This document shows, one piece after another, positions 9,717 through 18,695 of a stretch of 64,000 bases of DNA. Under the pieces are notes generated by a model. The model worked only from the letters and a program-made list of their open reading frames with translations. It was not told where the DNA came from and searched no databases. Within the stretch, counting starts at the first letter, position 1. The number at the start of each line of letters is the position of its first letter. The DNA comes from an uncultured Actinomycetes bacterium. Lineage in GTDB: Bacteria > Actinomycetota > UBA4738 > HRBIN12. Made by a program: the position numbers and the translations under genes. The stretch is taken from positions 15,588 to 79,587 of the forward strand of contig CAVPIB010000019.1 in assembly GCA_963704885.1 (NCBI GenBank), read 5' to 3'.

Positions 9717-10193
9717 ATGGGGTCACGGCGTTACGGGCGGGCGACCGTGGCGGCTCTGCTCGGAGCCGCCTCGGTCCTCGCCCTGGTCTCGTCGGCCAAC
9801 GCCCATGTCGTGACCGCGTCGATCTTCGCCCGGGAGGCCACCTGCCGACCCACATGCTCGGATGCCGCATCGATCAGGTTCCGAACGAGCGTGCGGTTGG
9901 ACGCCTGTGTTCCTGCCGCCGGAGGCGGTCGGAACTGCGACGTACGGATACGGGCGATCGTGTGGGCGCAGGTCCAACTCGACGGGGTCTGGACCACGAT
10001 CGGCGGGCCGAGGTCGATGTTACGGAGGCTGGAGGCCGGGAAGCGGATGAACGTAGCCATCGGCGTCGACTGTCGGCCTGGGCAAGGGTCGAGGTACCGG
10101 ACCATGTCGGTAGCGCGCGTAAGCGGAGGTCACACCTTCTACACGAACACGCCGAACCCCGACTACTCCCGGCCGGTGTCGGTCACCTGTTGA
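9717..10193 (+). CDS. Secreted hypothetical protein, Cys-rich
   Basis: Signal peptide ending ANA; follows the LVIVD gene by 13 nt. Confidence 0.55.
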   Translation: MGSRRYGRATVAALLGAASVLALVSSANAHVVTASIFAREATCRPTCSDAASIRFRTSVRLDACVPAAGGGRNCDVRIRAIVWAQVQLDGVWTTIGGPRSMLRRLEAGKRMNVAIGVDCRPGQGSRYRTMSVARVSGGHTFYTNTPNPDYSRPVSVTC

Positions 10194-10242
10194 AGGATCC
10201 GACAGCTCGAAACGAGCACATCGAGAACGCACGCAGAGAACG

Positions 10243-10315
10243 CGCGCCGGGGAGGATTCGAACCTCCGACCCGCGGATTAGAAGTCCGCCGCTCTGTCCC
10301 CTGAGCTACCGGCGC
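10243..10315 (-). tRNA. tRNA-Arg(UCU), copy 1
   Basis: Cloverleaf GCGCCGG..., anticodon loop CTTCTAA, GTTCGAATCC T-arm; no encoded CCA. Confidence 0.96.
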
Positions 10316-10361
10316 GAAGGACAAGAGCCTAGCCGGTGTGCTCTGGCTCGCGCCTCATCAG

Positions 10362-10434
10362 CGCGCCGGGGAGGATTCGAACCTCCGACCCGCGGATTAG
10401 AAGTCCGCCGCTCTGTCCCCTGAGCTACCGGCGC
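10362..10434 (-). tRNA. tRNA-Arg(UCU), copy 2 (identical to copy 1)
   Basis: 73-nt exact duplicate offset by 119 nt. Confidence 0.95.
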
Positions 10435-10638
10435 TCTTATGCATCTCCGCTGGTAGACGGCTTTCATTCCGATGTCGTCAACCTCCGCGGCCCGTTCATG
10501 CTACCTGCGTGCTACCCCGCACCTGTAGATGAGTGCCCGACTTCACCGGTCCTGCTATCCCGTTTGAGCTGACAGCGGTGTGACAACGACTTCCGTTGGA
10601 GATCGACACTCGTTTCGGGTCTTGCGGATCCAGCGCAG

Positions 10639-11760
10639 CTAGGAGCCCAGGAACCGCCGGGCAAACCCGGCGGGATCCAACGTTTCGTTGTTCGTGACGA
10701 TGACGAGCACGTCGCCGGTCTCAGGATCCACTGCCATGATCGAGTGGTAGCCGATGATGGATCCGCCGTGGCCAAGCCAGGTTGTCGCCCCACCTATGTC
10801 CAGGGTCTCGATCCCAAGCCCGTAGTCACCGCGTTGTGGCGCGATCATCTCGTCGAGGCTCTCTGGCGAGACCAACTCGCCACCGAGCAACGCTCCGAGG
10901 AACATGCTCAGGTCGGTCGGTGTGGAGACGAGGGCACCGGCTGCGAATCCGCTGGAGACGGTCGACTCATACTGCATGCCTGCGATGCCCGAATCGGCGA
11001 CGATCGACTCGAATATCGTGCCCGCGATCCCCGGTTCGGCTGGATCCCCGATGTACGGGGCAGCGAGGGCGGGCGGTGTCGCCACACCGTGGCCGGCGAA
11101 CACCGTGTGGTCGAGTCCCAGCGGACCTGAGATCTCAGTTTGGAGAACGGTATCGAGATCCGTGCCGTGGGTCTGTTCGATGAGCATGCCCAGAAGCAGA
11201 TAGTTGGTGTTGGAGTAGCTGAACGGTTCGTTGACACCCCCGCTACTCGCGTCGCTGCTTGCGTCGACGTACAGGAGGATCTCGGCAGGGGTCCACGACC
11301 GCGTCCGGTCGGCGAGTACGTCGGGCACGAAGCTTTCGTGATCGGTGTAGTTCGGGAGGCCGCTGCGATGGCTGAGCAGCGAGCGGATCGTCGCGTTGGC
11401 CCCCACCTTGATGTCTGGCAGGTAGGCGGACAGTGGCTGATCGAGATCGATGCGGCCCTCATCTGCCAGCCTCATCACCAGGGTCGCTGTGAACACCTTC
11501 GAGATGCTGCCCACATAGAACGCGGTGTCGACGGTGATCGGGTCTTCATCCGAGTTGGCGACGCCGATGGTCACCGCTTCCACGACCCCGTCTCGTTCGA
11601 GGACCGCGCTCACCCCGCCAGCGCGACCCCCCAAGTACTGGATCAGCCCGGTCCTGAGTGCGGGGTCGGCCGGGAGCGCCACCGGAGTCGTCGTGGCGAC
11701 TGGCTGTCCGACAGTCAGGTCAGGCTGCGCCTCCTGTACACAGGCTGAAAGCACGAGCAA
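10639..11760 (-). CDS. Serine hydrolase (beta-lactamase/D-Ala-D-Ala peptidase family) lipoprotein
   Basis: Lipobox LSAC, SxxK (GSISK), YSN, HGG motifs; true start uncertain. Confidence 0.88.
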   Translation of the reverse strand: MLVLSACVQEAQPDLTVGQPVATTTPVALPADPALRTGLIQYLGGRAGGVSAVLERDGVVEAVTIGVANSDEDPITVDTAFYVGSISKVFTATLVMRLADEGRIDLDQPLSAYLPDIKVGANATIRSLLSHRSGLPNYTDHESFVPDVLADRTRSWTPAEILLYVDASSDASSGGVNEPFSYSNTNYLLLGMLIEQTHGTDLDTVLQTEISGPLGLDHTVFAGHGVATPPALAAPYIGDPAEPGIAGTIFESIVADSGIAGMQYESTVSSGFAAGALVSTPTDLSMFLGALLGGELVSPESLDEMIAPQRGDYGLGIETLDIGGATTWLGHGGSIIGYHSIMAVDPETGDVLVIVTNNETLDPAGFARRFLGS

Positions 11761-11910
11761 TGCGGCGACGATGAGTTCGGGACGATGGCTGATTCCTGCT
11801 TCTCCCCTCGAACGAACGACTGTATCCTGCTCCAGGCCTCCACAGCCCCGGGGTTGGCTCCTTTCGCGCGCGGTGCGTCAGAGTGCAGGGCTCATGTCAA
11901 CCCCGTTCAT

Positions 11911-11928
11911 CATCCTCTGCCGAGGATG
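11911..11928. promoter_or_regulatory. Inverted repeat CATCCTC-N4-GAGGATG in divergent intergenic region
   Basis: Perfect 7-bp arms between divergent genes. Confidence 0.4.
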
Positions 11929-11989
11929 GGGTGTGGGCAGTCGGAGGGATCCGGACATCCAGATAAGTAACGCAACGAAGGGACAGTTG

Positions 11990-12631
11990 ATGAGTGCCTC
12001 CAGATACGAAACCGTTCTTCGGATCGGCACAGGTGTGGCGTCCCTCATAGCCGGACTCGCCTGGGTGATGAGGAATGTCGCTGACCGGATGTCGTCCCAG
12101 GACTACATGGCATGCGGTTCGCTCTACGGCTATACCGTGAGCGCCATCGAGACCGTCGCATTCCTGGCGATGGTCCCTGCCCTGATCGGGTTGTTCGTGT
12201 GGTACAGAAGATCTGGTCGGGGTTGGTTAGGGGTGACAGCCATCATCGCCGCGGTCGGGTTTGCGATGGCCGGGATCGTCAACGTCCTGGAGCACTGTTT
12301 CGTCGGTACGATCACCTTCCCCTTTCCGCTTTTCACCGGTTTCGCAGAACCCTCGCCCTACGTCTTGGGGATGCTGCTGGCGTTCTTCGTGATCCCCTTC
12401 GCGCTGGCTCTGACCCGAGTGTCGTTCGTTCCCACATGGTCCGCATGGTTGCTGGTCATCGGGACGATCTCGTTCTTCGCGGTGAATCAGCAGGGCGGCT
12501 CGGTCTTACTTGGCGGTTCCTTGGCCATCTTGGGGACCTACTTGCTCACCCACGATGTGCCGCCACTGGAGAACGATGGCGGCGTGGGAGGCGACGTCGT
12601 TCCGAACGAGGCCGCCAGCATGGTGAACTGA
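11990..12631 (+). CDS. Hypothetical integral membrane protein
   Basis: About 6 hydrophobic segments; RBS AAGGGA before ATG 11990. Confidence 0.7.
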   Translation: MSASRYETVLRIGTGVASLIAGLAWVMRNVADRMSSQDYMACGSLYGYTVSAIETVAFLAMVPALIGLFVWYRRSGRGWLGVTAIIAAVGFAMAGIVNVLEHCFVGTITFPFPLFTGFAEPSPYVLGMLLAFFVIPFALALTRVSFVPTWSAWLLVIGTISFFAVNQQGGSVLLGGSLAILGTYLLTHDVPPLENDGGVGGDVVPNEAASMVN

Positions 12632-12738
12632 GGGGGGTGTGAGGTCGTAGGCAAGGCTACCCGGCCGCTCCGTTCGCGCCAGGCGACATCTCAGCTCAGG
12701 CGCCTGCGACGTGCTCTTCCGAGACAAGTGTCCGGACG

Positions 12739-13230
12739 CTACCCCTTCTGAAGGTGCGCCTCCAGGAACCAGAGGTCGGTGTCGACCTGGCGGGAGACCT
12801 CCGTGAACAGGTCACTCGTGTCGGTGTCACCCAGCTTCTCCGACGAGTCGATCGCGCTCCTCGAGCTCTCCGCGTAAGCGGCGAACCGGTCGGCGAGCGC
12901 CGTCACGGCGTCCATGCCGTTCAGTGCCTCAGCCGGGTACTCGCTCAAAGCGGATGCCGCCGCCGCCATGCGCGCCGTGCCGAGCGCCGTACCTCCGAGC
13001 GTGGTCGCGCGCTCCGCGATCAGGTCGACGAACCCGATCAGGTGACCCGCCAGCTGATCGAACAAAAGGTGCAGCTGGATGAAGTCGCTCCCCTTCACGT
13101 TCCAGTGCGCGAACTTCGCCTGCGAGTACAGGTCGAGCGTGTCGGCCAGCTGCCCGTTGAGCAACGCCACCAACGCTTCCCGCTGCTCGGCGGGGATGTC
13201 GTGGCGTGTCGTGTGCATCGTGACGGTCAT
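12739..13230 (-). CDS. dps: DNA protection during starvation protein Dps
   Basis: HWNVKG, LHLLFD, DLIAER ferroxidase motifs; RBS GGAGG. Confidence 0.96.
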   Translation of the reverse strand: MTVTMHTTRHDIPAEQREALVALLNGQLADTLDLYSQAKFAHWNVKGSDFIQLHLLFDQLAGHLIGFVDLIAERATTLGGTALGTARMAAAASALSEYPAEALNGMDAVTALADRFAAYAESSRSAIDSSEKLGDTDTSDLFTEVSRQVDTDLWFLEAHLQKG

Positions 13231-13312
13231 CGTGTCCTCCTTCCGTGCATGATCTTCCACCCCCAGCGTACGCCTTGACGCGCCGTCATCGAAGTCCGCA
13301 CACTCGGGCGGG

Positions 13313-13719
13313 ATGCGCGATCGACCTGGACTTCGCTCCGTGTGCGTGGACTGCGCGCACCCTGCTCCGTTGGCACGCTTCTGGGCCGACGCTCTGGGTT
13401 GGACCCTCCGTCCGTACGACACCGACGACCTGGAATGGCTGGCCTCCCAAGGTCTCACTCCCGAGACCGACACCAGCGTCTGCGTCAGATCCCCCGGATG
13501 CCGCCTTCCCAACGCTCTGGTTCAACGAGGTCCCCGAGCCGAAGATCGGTAAGGTCCGGATCCACCTGGACGTCAACGTGGCGGATGCCTCAGGCCTGGA
13601 GCGGCTCATCGAGAACGGCGCCACGAGCGTGGAGCCACACGGGCGGCAACGACTGGACCATCATGGCCGATCCCGAGGGCAACGAGTTCTGCGTGTTCAT
13701 CTTGGATCAAGCCGGCTAG
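13313..13719 (+). pseudogene. VOC/glyoxalase family protein split by two frameshifts
   Basis: LARFWADALGW (frame 1), EPKIGKVRIHLDV (frame 2), WTIMADPEGNEFC (frame 3); shifts near 13487 and 13640; may be sequencing errors. Confidence 0.8.
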
Positions 13720-13738
13720 CGCGGGCCCGAGCTTGGGG

Positions 13739-13809
<71 letters not shown>

Positions 13810-13847
13810 GGAACGCCACCAGCCTAGCAACTGCGATACTCGCCGCC

Positions 13848-14717
13848 GTGGAGATCGGGTTCCGGCTGGTCGATGTGTTCACCGAGGTGCCGTTCGCGGG
13901 GAACCAGCTCTGCGTGGTGCCCGAGCCGCGCGCCGAACTGGACACCGCCATCATGGCGATGATCGCTCAGGAGATCGGGTTCTCGGAGACGGCTTTCGTC
14001 ACAGGGATCCGCCCCCGCGGATACGACGTCCGTATCTTCACGCCGAACGACGAGCTCCCGTTCGCGGGCCATCCCACGCTCGGAACCGCATACACGCTCG
14101 TATCCGAGAGGCGGCTGGAGGCCAGGGCCGTGCAGACGACGGCGGCCGGAGACGTGCCGGTCGACGTGGATCTTGAGGAGGGCACCGCGTGGATGCGGCA
14201 GCTTCCACCCGTCTTCGGGGAGCCGGTGGCCGACCGCGACGCCGTGGCGCACGCCGCCGGCCTGGAACCCAGCGACCTGATCGATGGATCGCCGATCCTC
14301 TCCGTATCGGTGGGTATCCCGCATCTGATGGTGCCCGTGCGGGACGAGGCGGCGCTCCGGCGCGCGGCCCGGGACGAGGCGGGCTGCTCGGCCGTATGTG
14401 TCGCAACCAGCACGGAATCGCTCTATCTCTTCGCGGTCCGCGCCGCGGGCGATGTGATGGCCCGGATGTTCGACCGGTGGCTAGCGATCGGAGAGGACCC
14501 CGGCACGGGCTCTGCTGCGGGCCCGCTAGGTGCGTATCTCGCCGTCCACGGGCTGGCGGGTATGCCCGGACGAGTGGTGGTCGCGCAGGGCGAGCTGGTC
14601 GGCCGACCGAGCTTCCTGCACGTCGACGTGCGATCCGACGGCGACACGTTCGTGATCAGGGTTGGCGGCGGAGTGCGGATCGTGGGCGGAGGTTCGTTCC
14701 TGATCGATCCGGCCTAG
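13848..14717 (+). CDS. PhzF family isomerase/epimerase
   Basis: VDVFT..FAGNQL, SETAF, ELPFAGHPT, EDPGTGSA, QGELVGRPS. Confidence 0.92.
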   Translation: MEIGFRLVDVFTEVPFAGNQLCVVPEPRAELDTAIMAMIAQEIGFSETAFVTGIRPRGYDVRIFTPNDELPFAGHPTLGTAYTLVSERRLEARAVQTTAAGDVPVDVDLEEGTAWMRQLPPVFGEPVADRDAVAHAAGLEPSDLIDGSPILSVSVGIPHLMVPVRDEAALRRAARDEAGCSAVCVATSTESLYLFAVRAAGDVMARMFDRWLAIGEDPGTGSAAGPLGAYLAVHGLAGMPGRVVVAQGELVGRPSFLHVDVRSDGDTFVIRVGGGVRIVGGGSFLIDPA

Positions 14718-15127
14718 AGCGGAGCGCACGACACGCTGGGGGAGACCACGGTGTCGTTGGTGCCTGTGACGTTAACCTGCACCATTAGAGGAAGGGTCTG
14801 CCCCACTTCCACGACCCCGCCGCTAACATACGTCGGCCCCCCCGACAGGAACTCTGCGATCGTGCCCTCCGCTGGCAACAGCTCGCAGCGGACGTTGCCC
14901 GCCTCGGTGCCCGAGTTATCCACGCTGACGCGGAAGCACGCAGGCGCGCCCTGATCCGCGGGACACGTCGTGGCGGCGACCTCGGCGATGGTGAAGGCCG
15001 GTCCCGAACCGGGGGGCGCGACCGCTCGGAACAGCAGTAGCGCGAACAGCCCGAGGGCCACGATCAGGAGCATCACGAACACGTTCGTGGCGTTCAGTGT
15101 CCGGTGAGCGGGGGAAGCGGTCTCCAT
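14714..15127 (-). CDS. Hypothetical membrane-anchored protein
   Basis: One N-terminal TM, four Cys; TAGGGT 6 nt before ATG. Confidence 0.65.
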   Translation of the reverse strand: METASPAHRTLNATNVFVMLLIVALGLFALLLFRAVAPPGSGPAFTIAEVAATTCPADQGAPACFRVSVDNSGTEAGNVRCELLPAEGTIAEFLSGGPTYVSGGVVEVGQTLPLMVQVNVTGTNDTVVSPSVSCAPL

Positions 15128-15219
15128 GCCGCGACCCTACCCCCCTCCTTCGACCGCCAGCAACGGCCGAACGGCTCCCGGCCGAACGGCTCGGGCCCGG
15201 TGTCGTAGCATCGACGCTG

Positions 15220-15294
15220 CGGGACGTAGCGCAGCCTGGTTAGCGCACCTGGTTTGGGACCAGGAGGTCGGCGGTTCGAATCCGCCCGTCCCGA
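15220..15294 (+). tRNA. tRNA-Pro(UGG)
   Basis: CGGGACG acceptor, anticodon loop TTTGGGA, GTTCGAATCC. Confidence 0.96.
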
Positions 15295-15297
15295 CAG

Positions 15298-16077
15298 GTG
15301 AAGAGATCGCTGTTCTTCTCGCTGGCGTTGATGTTGTTCTTCGCTGCGCAGGCAGCTCACGTGACCGCGGCGCCGCTCGGTCCGACGGCTCAGGTCTTGC
15401 GCCCGAACCTGGTTACGCTCCCGATCGGAGATCTGTCCATCGTGCGAAAGGGAGGCGCGAGACTCCTTCGCTTCGCGAATGCCGTCGGTAATCGTGGGCC
15501 CGGCGTGCTTGAGCTGTTCCCCGTCGCAGACGACTGCGACGGGAACGGCGACCCGCAGGATGATCGCTCCGTCTTCCAGCGGCTGTACGCCGACACGAAC
15601 GGCAACGGCGTCTTCGACCGCGGTGTGGACGAGGCGGCCGCCGAGGGCTTCGCGGGCTGCGTGTTCTTCCACCCACAACACGACCACTGGCATCTTGAAG
15701 ACTTCGCACGCTACGTCCTCAGCAAACCGAAGAACGGCCGCGTGGTGGCGCTTTCGGACAAGGTGTCGTTCTGTATGCGCGACAGCATCGCCCGTTGGCG
15801 CAGGCTGCCCGGCGCTCCGAGGGCGCCCTACTACGGGGAGTGCACGCAGGACGGCACGACGGGGATGTCGGTCGGCTGGGCGGACGTCTACAGCGCGGAC
15901 CTGTACGGGCAATCGATAGCGCTGAGAGGCGTCCCCGACGGACGTTACTGCCTGACGTCGATCGCCGATCCATCGGGGCGTATCGACGAGACCGTCGACG
16001 GCGACAACGACCGATCCTTGCTCATCCGTGTGCGAGGACGAGAGGTGCGCCAGATCGGTACGGAGTGCCCCAGCTAG
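15298..16077 (+). CDS. Secreted lysyl oxidase-like protein
   Basis: Signal peptide; Cu motif HPQHDHWH, KVSFCMRD, GWADVY (LTQ Lys/Tyr positions). Confidence 0.85.
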   Translation: MKRSLFFSLALMLFFAAQAAHVTAAPLGPTAQVLRPNLVTLPIGDLSIVRKGGARLLRFANAVGNRGPGVLELFPVADDCDGNGDPQDDRSVFQRLYADTNGNGVFDRGVDEAAAEGFAGCVFFHPQHDHWHLEDFARYVLSKPKNGRVVALSDKVSFCMRDSIARWRRLPGAPRAPYYGECTQDGTTGMSVGWADVYSADLYGQSIALRGVPDGRYCLTSIADPSGRIDETVDGDNDRSLLIRVRGREVRQIGTECPS

Positions 16078-17210
16078 GTGTTCGGGCCGCGCCCGTAGCG
16101 GGACATCGTCTCCACCAGCAGCGCGTGATCGAGCGCATGGGCGGTGATGCCGTCGCGACCGACCATGGTCTCCGCTCCGACGAGGGCGTTGAGGATGGCC
16201 TCCTCGGTCGCCTCGATCGCGGCCCAGAACAGCGCCGAGATCGCGGTGTCGGGCAGCATGGCCACGTCGAACGGCTCGGGAACGCCGGCCGACTTGTAGG
16301 ACGATATCCGGCCGCGGTTGCCGGTGGAGAACGCGATGAACAGGTCTCCGCTGGAGTTCTCTCCACCGCCTCCCACGCGCGCGACACCCAGGCCGGCTCG
16401 CTGGGCCAGCCGCTCGCACTGGTGGGGCAGGAGCGGGGCGTCGGTGGCGAGCACCACGATGATCGACCCGGAGCCCGCTTCGGCCAGCGCATGTGCCTGG
16501 TCCCACGCGGAAGGCACGCTGGCGACCGGGATCTCACGTCCGACCGGAACCCCGTCCACCATGAGGCGTTCGCGGGAACCGTAGTTGGCCTGCACTAGCG
16601 CGCCGACGGTCCACCCGCCGTCCTCATCGGTCAGCCGGCGCGAGGCGGTACCCGTCCCGCCCTTGAAGTCGTGGCAGATCATGCCGGTGCCGCCGCCAAC
16701 GTTGCCTTCGGCGACCTGACCGCTCGTGGCGCCATCCAACGCCGAACGGACGTGATCGGACGTGACGTGGAAACCGTTGATGTCGTTAAGCGCGCCGTCG
16801 TAGGTCTCACCAACGACCGGAAGACTCCAGAAGACCTCGCTCCGCAGGTTCTTCTGACGGACGTCGGCCGCGACCAGGGCGTCGCGGACCACACCGACGC
16901 TGTGCGTGTTCGTGATGGCGATCGGTGTAGTCAGCTGACCGGACTCGCGCACCCACTCCAGCCCGGTCAGCTCGCCGTTGCCGTTCAGACGGTGACACCC
17001 TGCGAACAAGGGCTGAGACCCGATGCCGTCGTGCGGGACGATCATCGTGACCCCCGTGCGCACCGGCCCGCTTCCGACCTCGAGGGAACCGTCGCCTTGG
17101 ATCAGTGTCGTGAAGCCGACGCGTACGCCCTCGACGTCCGTGATGGCGTTGAGCGGCCCGGTAGGCAGAAGGCCGACGGTGAGCCCCAGGTCTCGATAGC
17201 GGGTCGTCAC
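16074..17210 (-). CDS. DmpA/P1 family aminopeptidase (peptidase S58)
   Basis: NAITDVEGVRVG, NGNGELTG, VVGETYD, GGGTGM, G|SIIVV self-cleavage site, SSGD. Confidence 0.92.
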   Translation of the reverse strand: MTTRYRDLGLTVGLLPTGPLNAITDVEGVRVGFTTLIQGDGSLEVGSGPVRTGVTMIVPHDGIGSQPLFAGCHRLNGNGELTGLEWVRESGQLTTPIAITNTHSVGVVRDALVAADVRQKNLRSEVFWSLPVVGETYDGALNDINGFHVTSDHVRSALDGATSGQVAEGNVGGGTGMICHDFKGGTGTASRRLTDEDGGWTVGALVQANYGSRERLMVDGVPVGREIPVASVPSAWDQAHALAEAGSGSIIVVLATDAPLLPHQCERLAQRAGLGVARVGGGGENSSGDLFIAFSTGNRGRISSYKSAGVPEPFDVAMLPDTAISALFWAAIEATEEAILNALVGAETMVGRDGITAHALDHALLVETMSRYGRGPNT

Positions 17211-17221
17211 GGCGCGACAGT

Positions 17222-17530
17222 CTAGAGCAGCGCTCTTGCGGTGGCGGTCACGCCCGCGGCGATCACCACGACCAGCAGTATCGGCGCCTTGCGCCAGATG
17301 GCGACACCCGCCGCGGCCACGCCCAGAACGCGCTCGTCCAGGACCAGGGACTGACCGGAGCCGAACGTGTTGATCGCCACCAGCGCGGCCAGTAGCGCTG
17401 GTGCGAGCAGACCGATGAGGCTCGCAACCCGTGGAGGGAGCGCCCGCCCGCCGAGCAGGATCGGCCCGATCGCCTTGATGACCATGGTCGCTCCGCCCAC
17501 CAACCCAACCACCAGCCACGCGTCGGTCAC
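17222..17530 (-). CDS. AzlD-like branched-chain amino acid export subunit
   Basis: Small 4-TM protein, LAPALLAALV; overlaps the AzlC stop. Confidence 0.8.
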   Translation of the reverse strand: MTDAWLVVGLVGGATMVIKAIGPILLGGRALPPRVASLIGLLAPALLAALVAINTFGSGQSLVLDERVLGVAAAGVAIWRKAPILLVVVIAAGVTATARALL

Positions 17531-18192
17531 CGGCGCCACCCGAGCAAGCAGGCGGCGCTCGCCGCGATGATGGGCACGCCGGGCGGCGCGATAGGCGTCA
17601 GGGCGAGCGCGATCACGGCCCCGAGCACTGCCGCCTGTTTGGCTTTCTTGCTCGCTAGCTGCGGGACGAGCAAACCGAGGAAAAGCGCCGGGAACGCGGC
17701 ATCCAGGCCCAGCTTGCCGGGATCGCCGATCACATCGCCGAAGAGCACGCCGAGCGTCGTCCCGCTCACCCACGCCACGTACAGCATCAAGCCCGCGCCG
17801 ACCAGGACGCGAGGGTTGTAGCGTCCATCGCCCTCCGCCGCGATAGCCCATGATTCGTCCACGACGAGCTGTGCGTGAAGGAACCGGGACCACCACGGTC
17901 CCTTGAGATAGGGCGCCACGCTCACACCGATCGGGGCGTACCGGGCGTTCAGCAGGATCGCGGCCACGACGGCGGTCGCCACGCTCCCGCCGGTGGAGAG
18001 CACGGACGTGGCGGCGAACTGCGCCGATCCGGCGAACGTGGTCCCGGACATCACGATCGGTGCCAGGGTCCCCATTCCGGCGGCGCGCGCGAGGACGCCG
18101 AACGACACCCCGAAACCCAGTACCGCGATCGAGAGTGGAAGGGTGGCGCGCACGCCGTCCCGATGTCCGCGCTCCTGCGCCCCGTCAGCCAT
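17527..18192 (-). CDS. AzlC family permease
   Basis: FAGSAQF, LNARY, VDESWA, GLDAAFPALF. Confidence 0.9.
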   Translation of the reverse strand: MADGAQERGHRDGVRATLPLSIAVLGFGVSFGVLARAAGMGTLAPIVMSGTTFAGSAQFAATSVLSTGGSVATAVVAAILLNARYAPIGVSVAPYLKGPWWSRFLHAQLVVDESWAIAAEGDGRYNPRVLVGAGLMLYVAWVSGTTLGVLFGDVIGDPGKLGLDAAFPALFLGLLVPQLASKKAKQAAVLGAVIALALTPIAPPGVPIIAASAACLLGWRR

Positions 18193-18236
18193 GGCCCGGC
18201 ACTCTATCGAGCGGCCGCCCGTACCCTCTTGGCGAC

Positions 18237-18695
18237 ATGCGGATAACGTCTGCGCTCGACGACCTTCCGGCCGAACGCGTCCGCCGGATCCTGGCTGGGC
18301 TGCCCGAGGCTCGGGGCTATGTCGTCCACGTGAAGCCTCTCCGATACCGGGAGCGGCCCCATCTCTCGGCGTGGACCGACTTCGCCGCACGGACGATCAC
18401 GCTTCAGGTACCCGAGCCGTTCTTCCCGTTCGGTGAGGTCGTGCCCTACGGCGCCAAGCGGCGGCCGGGACCACGGCTGCGGTTCATCTGGCTCACCGAG
18501 GGCGTCACGTTCCGGACCCGTCGCGAGGTGCTGCGCTTCCTGTACTGCCATGAGTGGATGCACTGGTACCTGAGAGAGCGACTGGGCAAGAAGTCCTCGG
18601 CCGAGACCACGTGCGATCGGTTCGCGTTGCGCAACTACCGCAGGCGTCTCGTCACGACCCAAGACGCGGATGCCTCGCTCCGGCGCGAACCTTAG
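18237..18695 (+). CDS. Hypothetical basic protein with HExxH motif (minimal zincin-like)
   Basis: FLYCHEWMHW followed by E..CDRFA. Confidence 0.7.
   Translation: MRITSALDDLPAERVRRILAGLPEARGYVVHVKPLRYRERPHLSAWTDFAARTITLQVPEPFFPFGEVVPYGAKRRPGPRLRFIWLTEGVTFRTRREVLRFLYCHEWMHWYLRERLGKKSSAETTCDRFALRNYRRRLVTTQDADASLRREP

Noticed and set aside
15165-15192. Direct repeat GGCCGAACGGCTC twice before tRNA-Pro
   Set aside because: Only two short GC-rich copies in a promoter region; not enough to assign a function.
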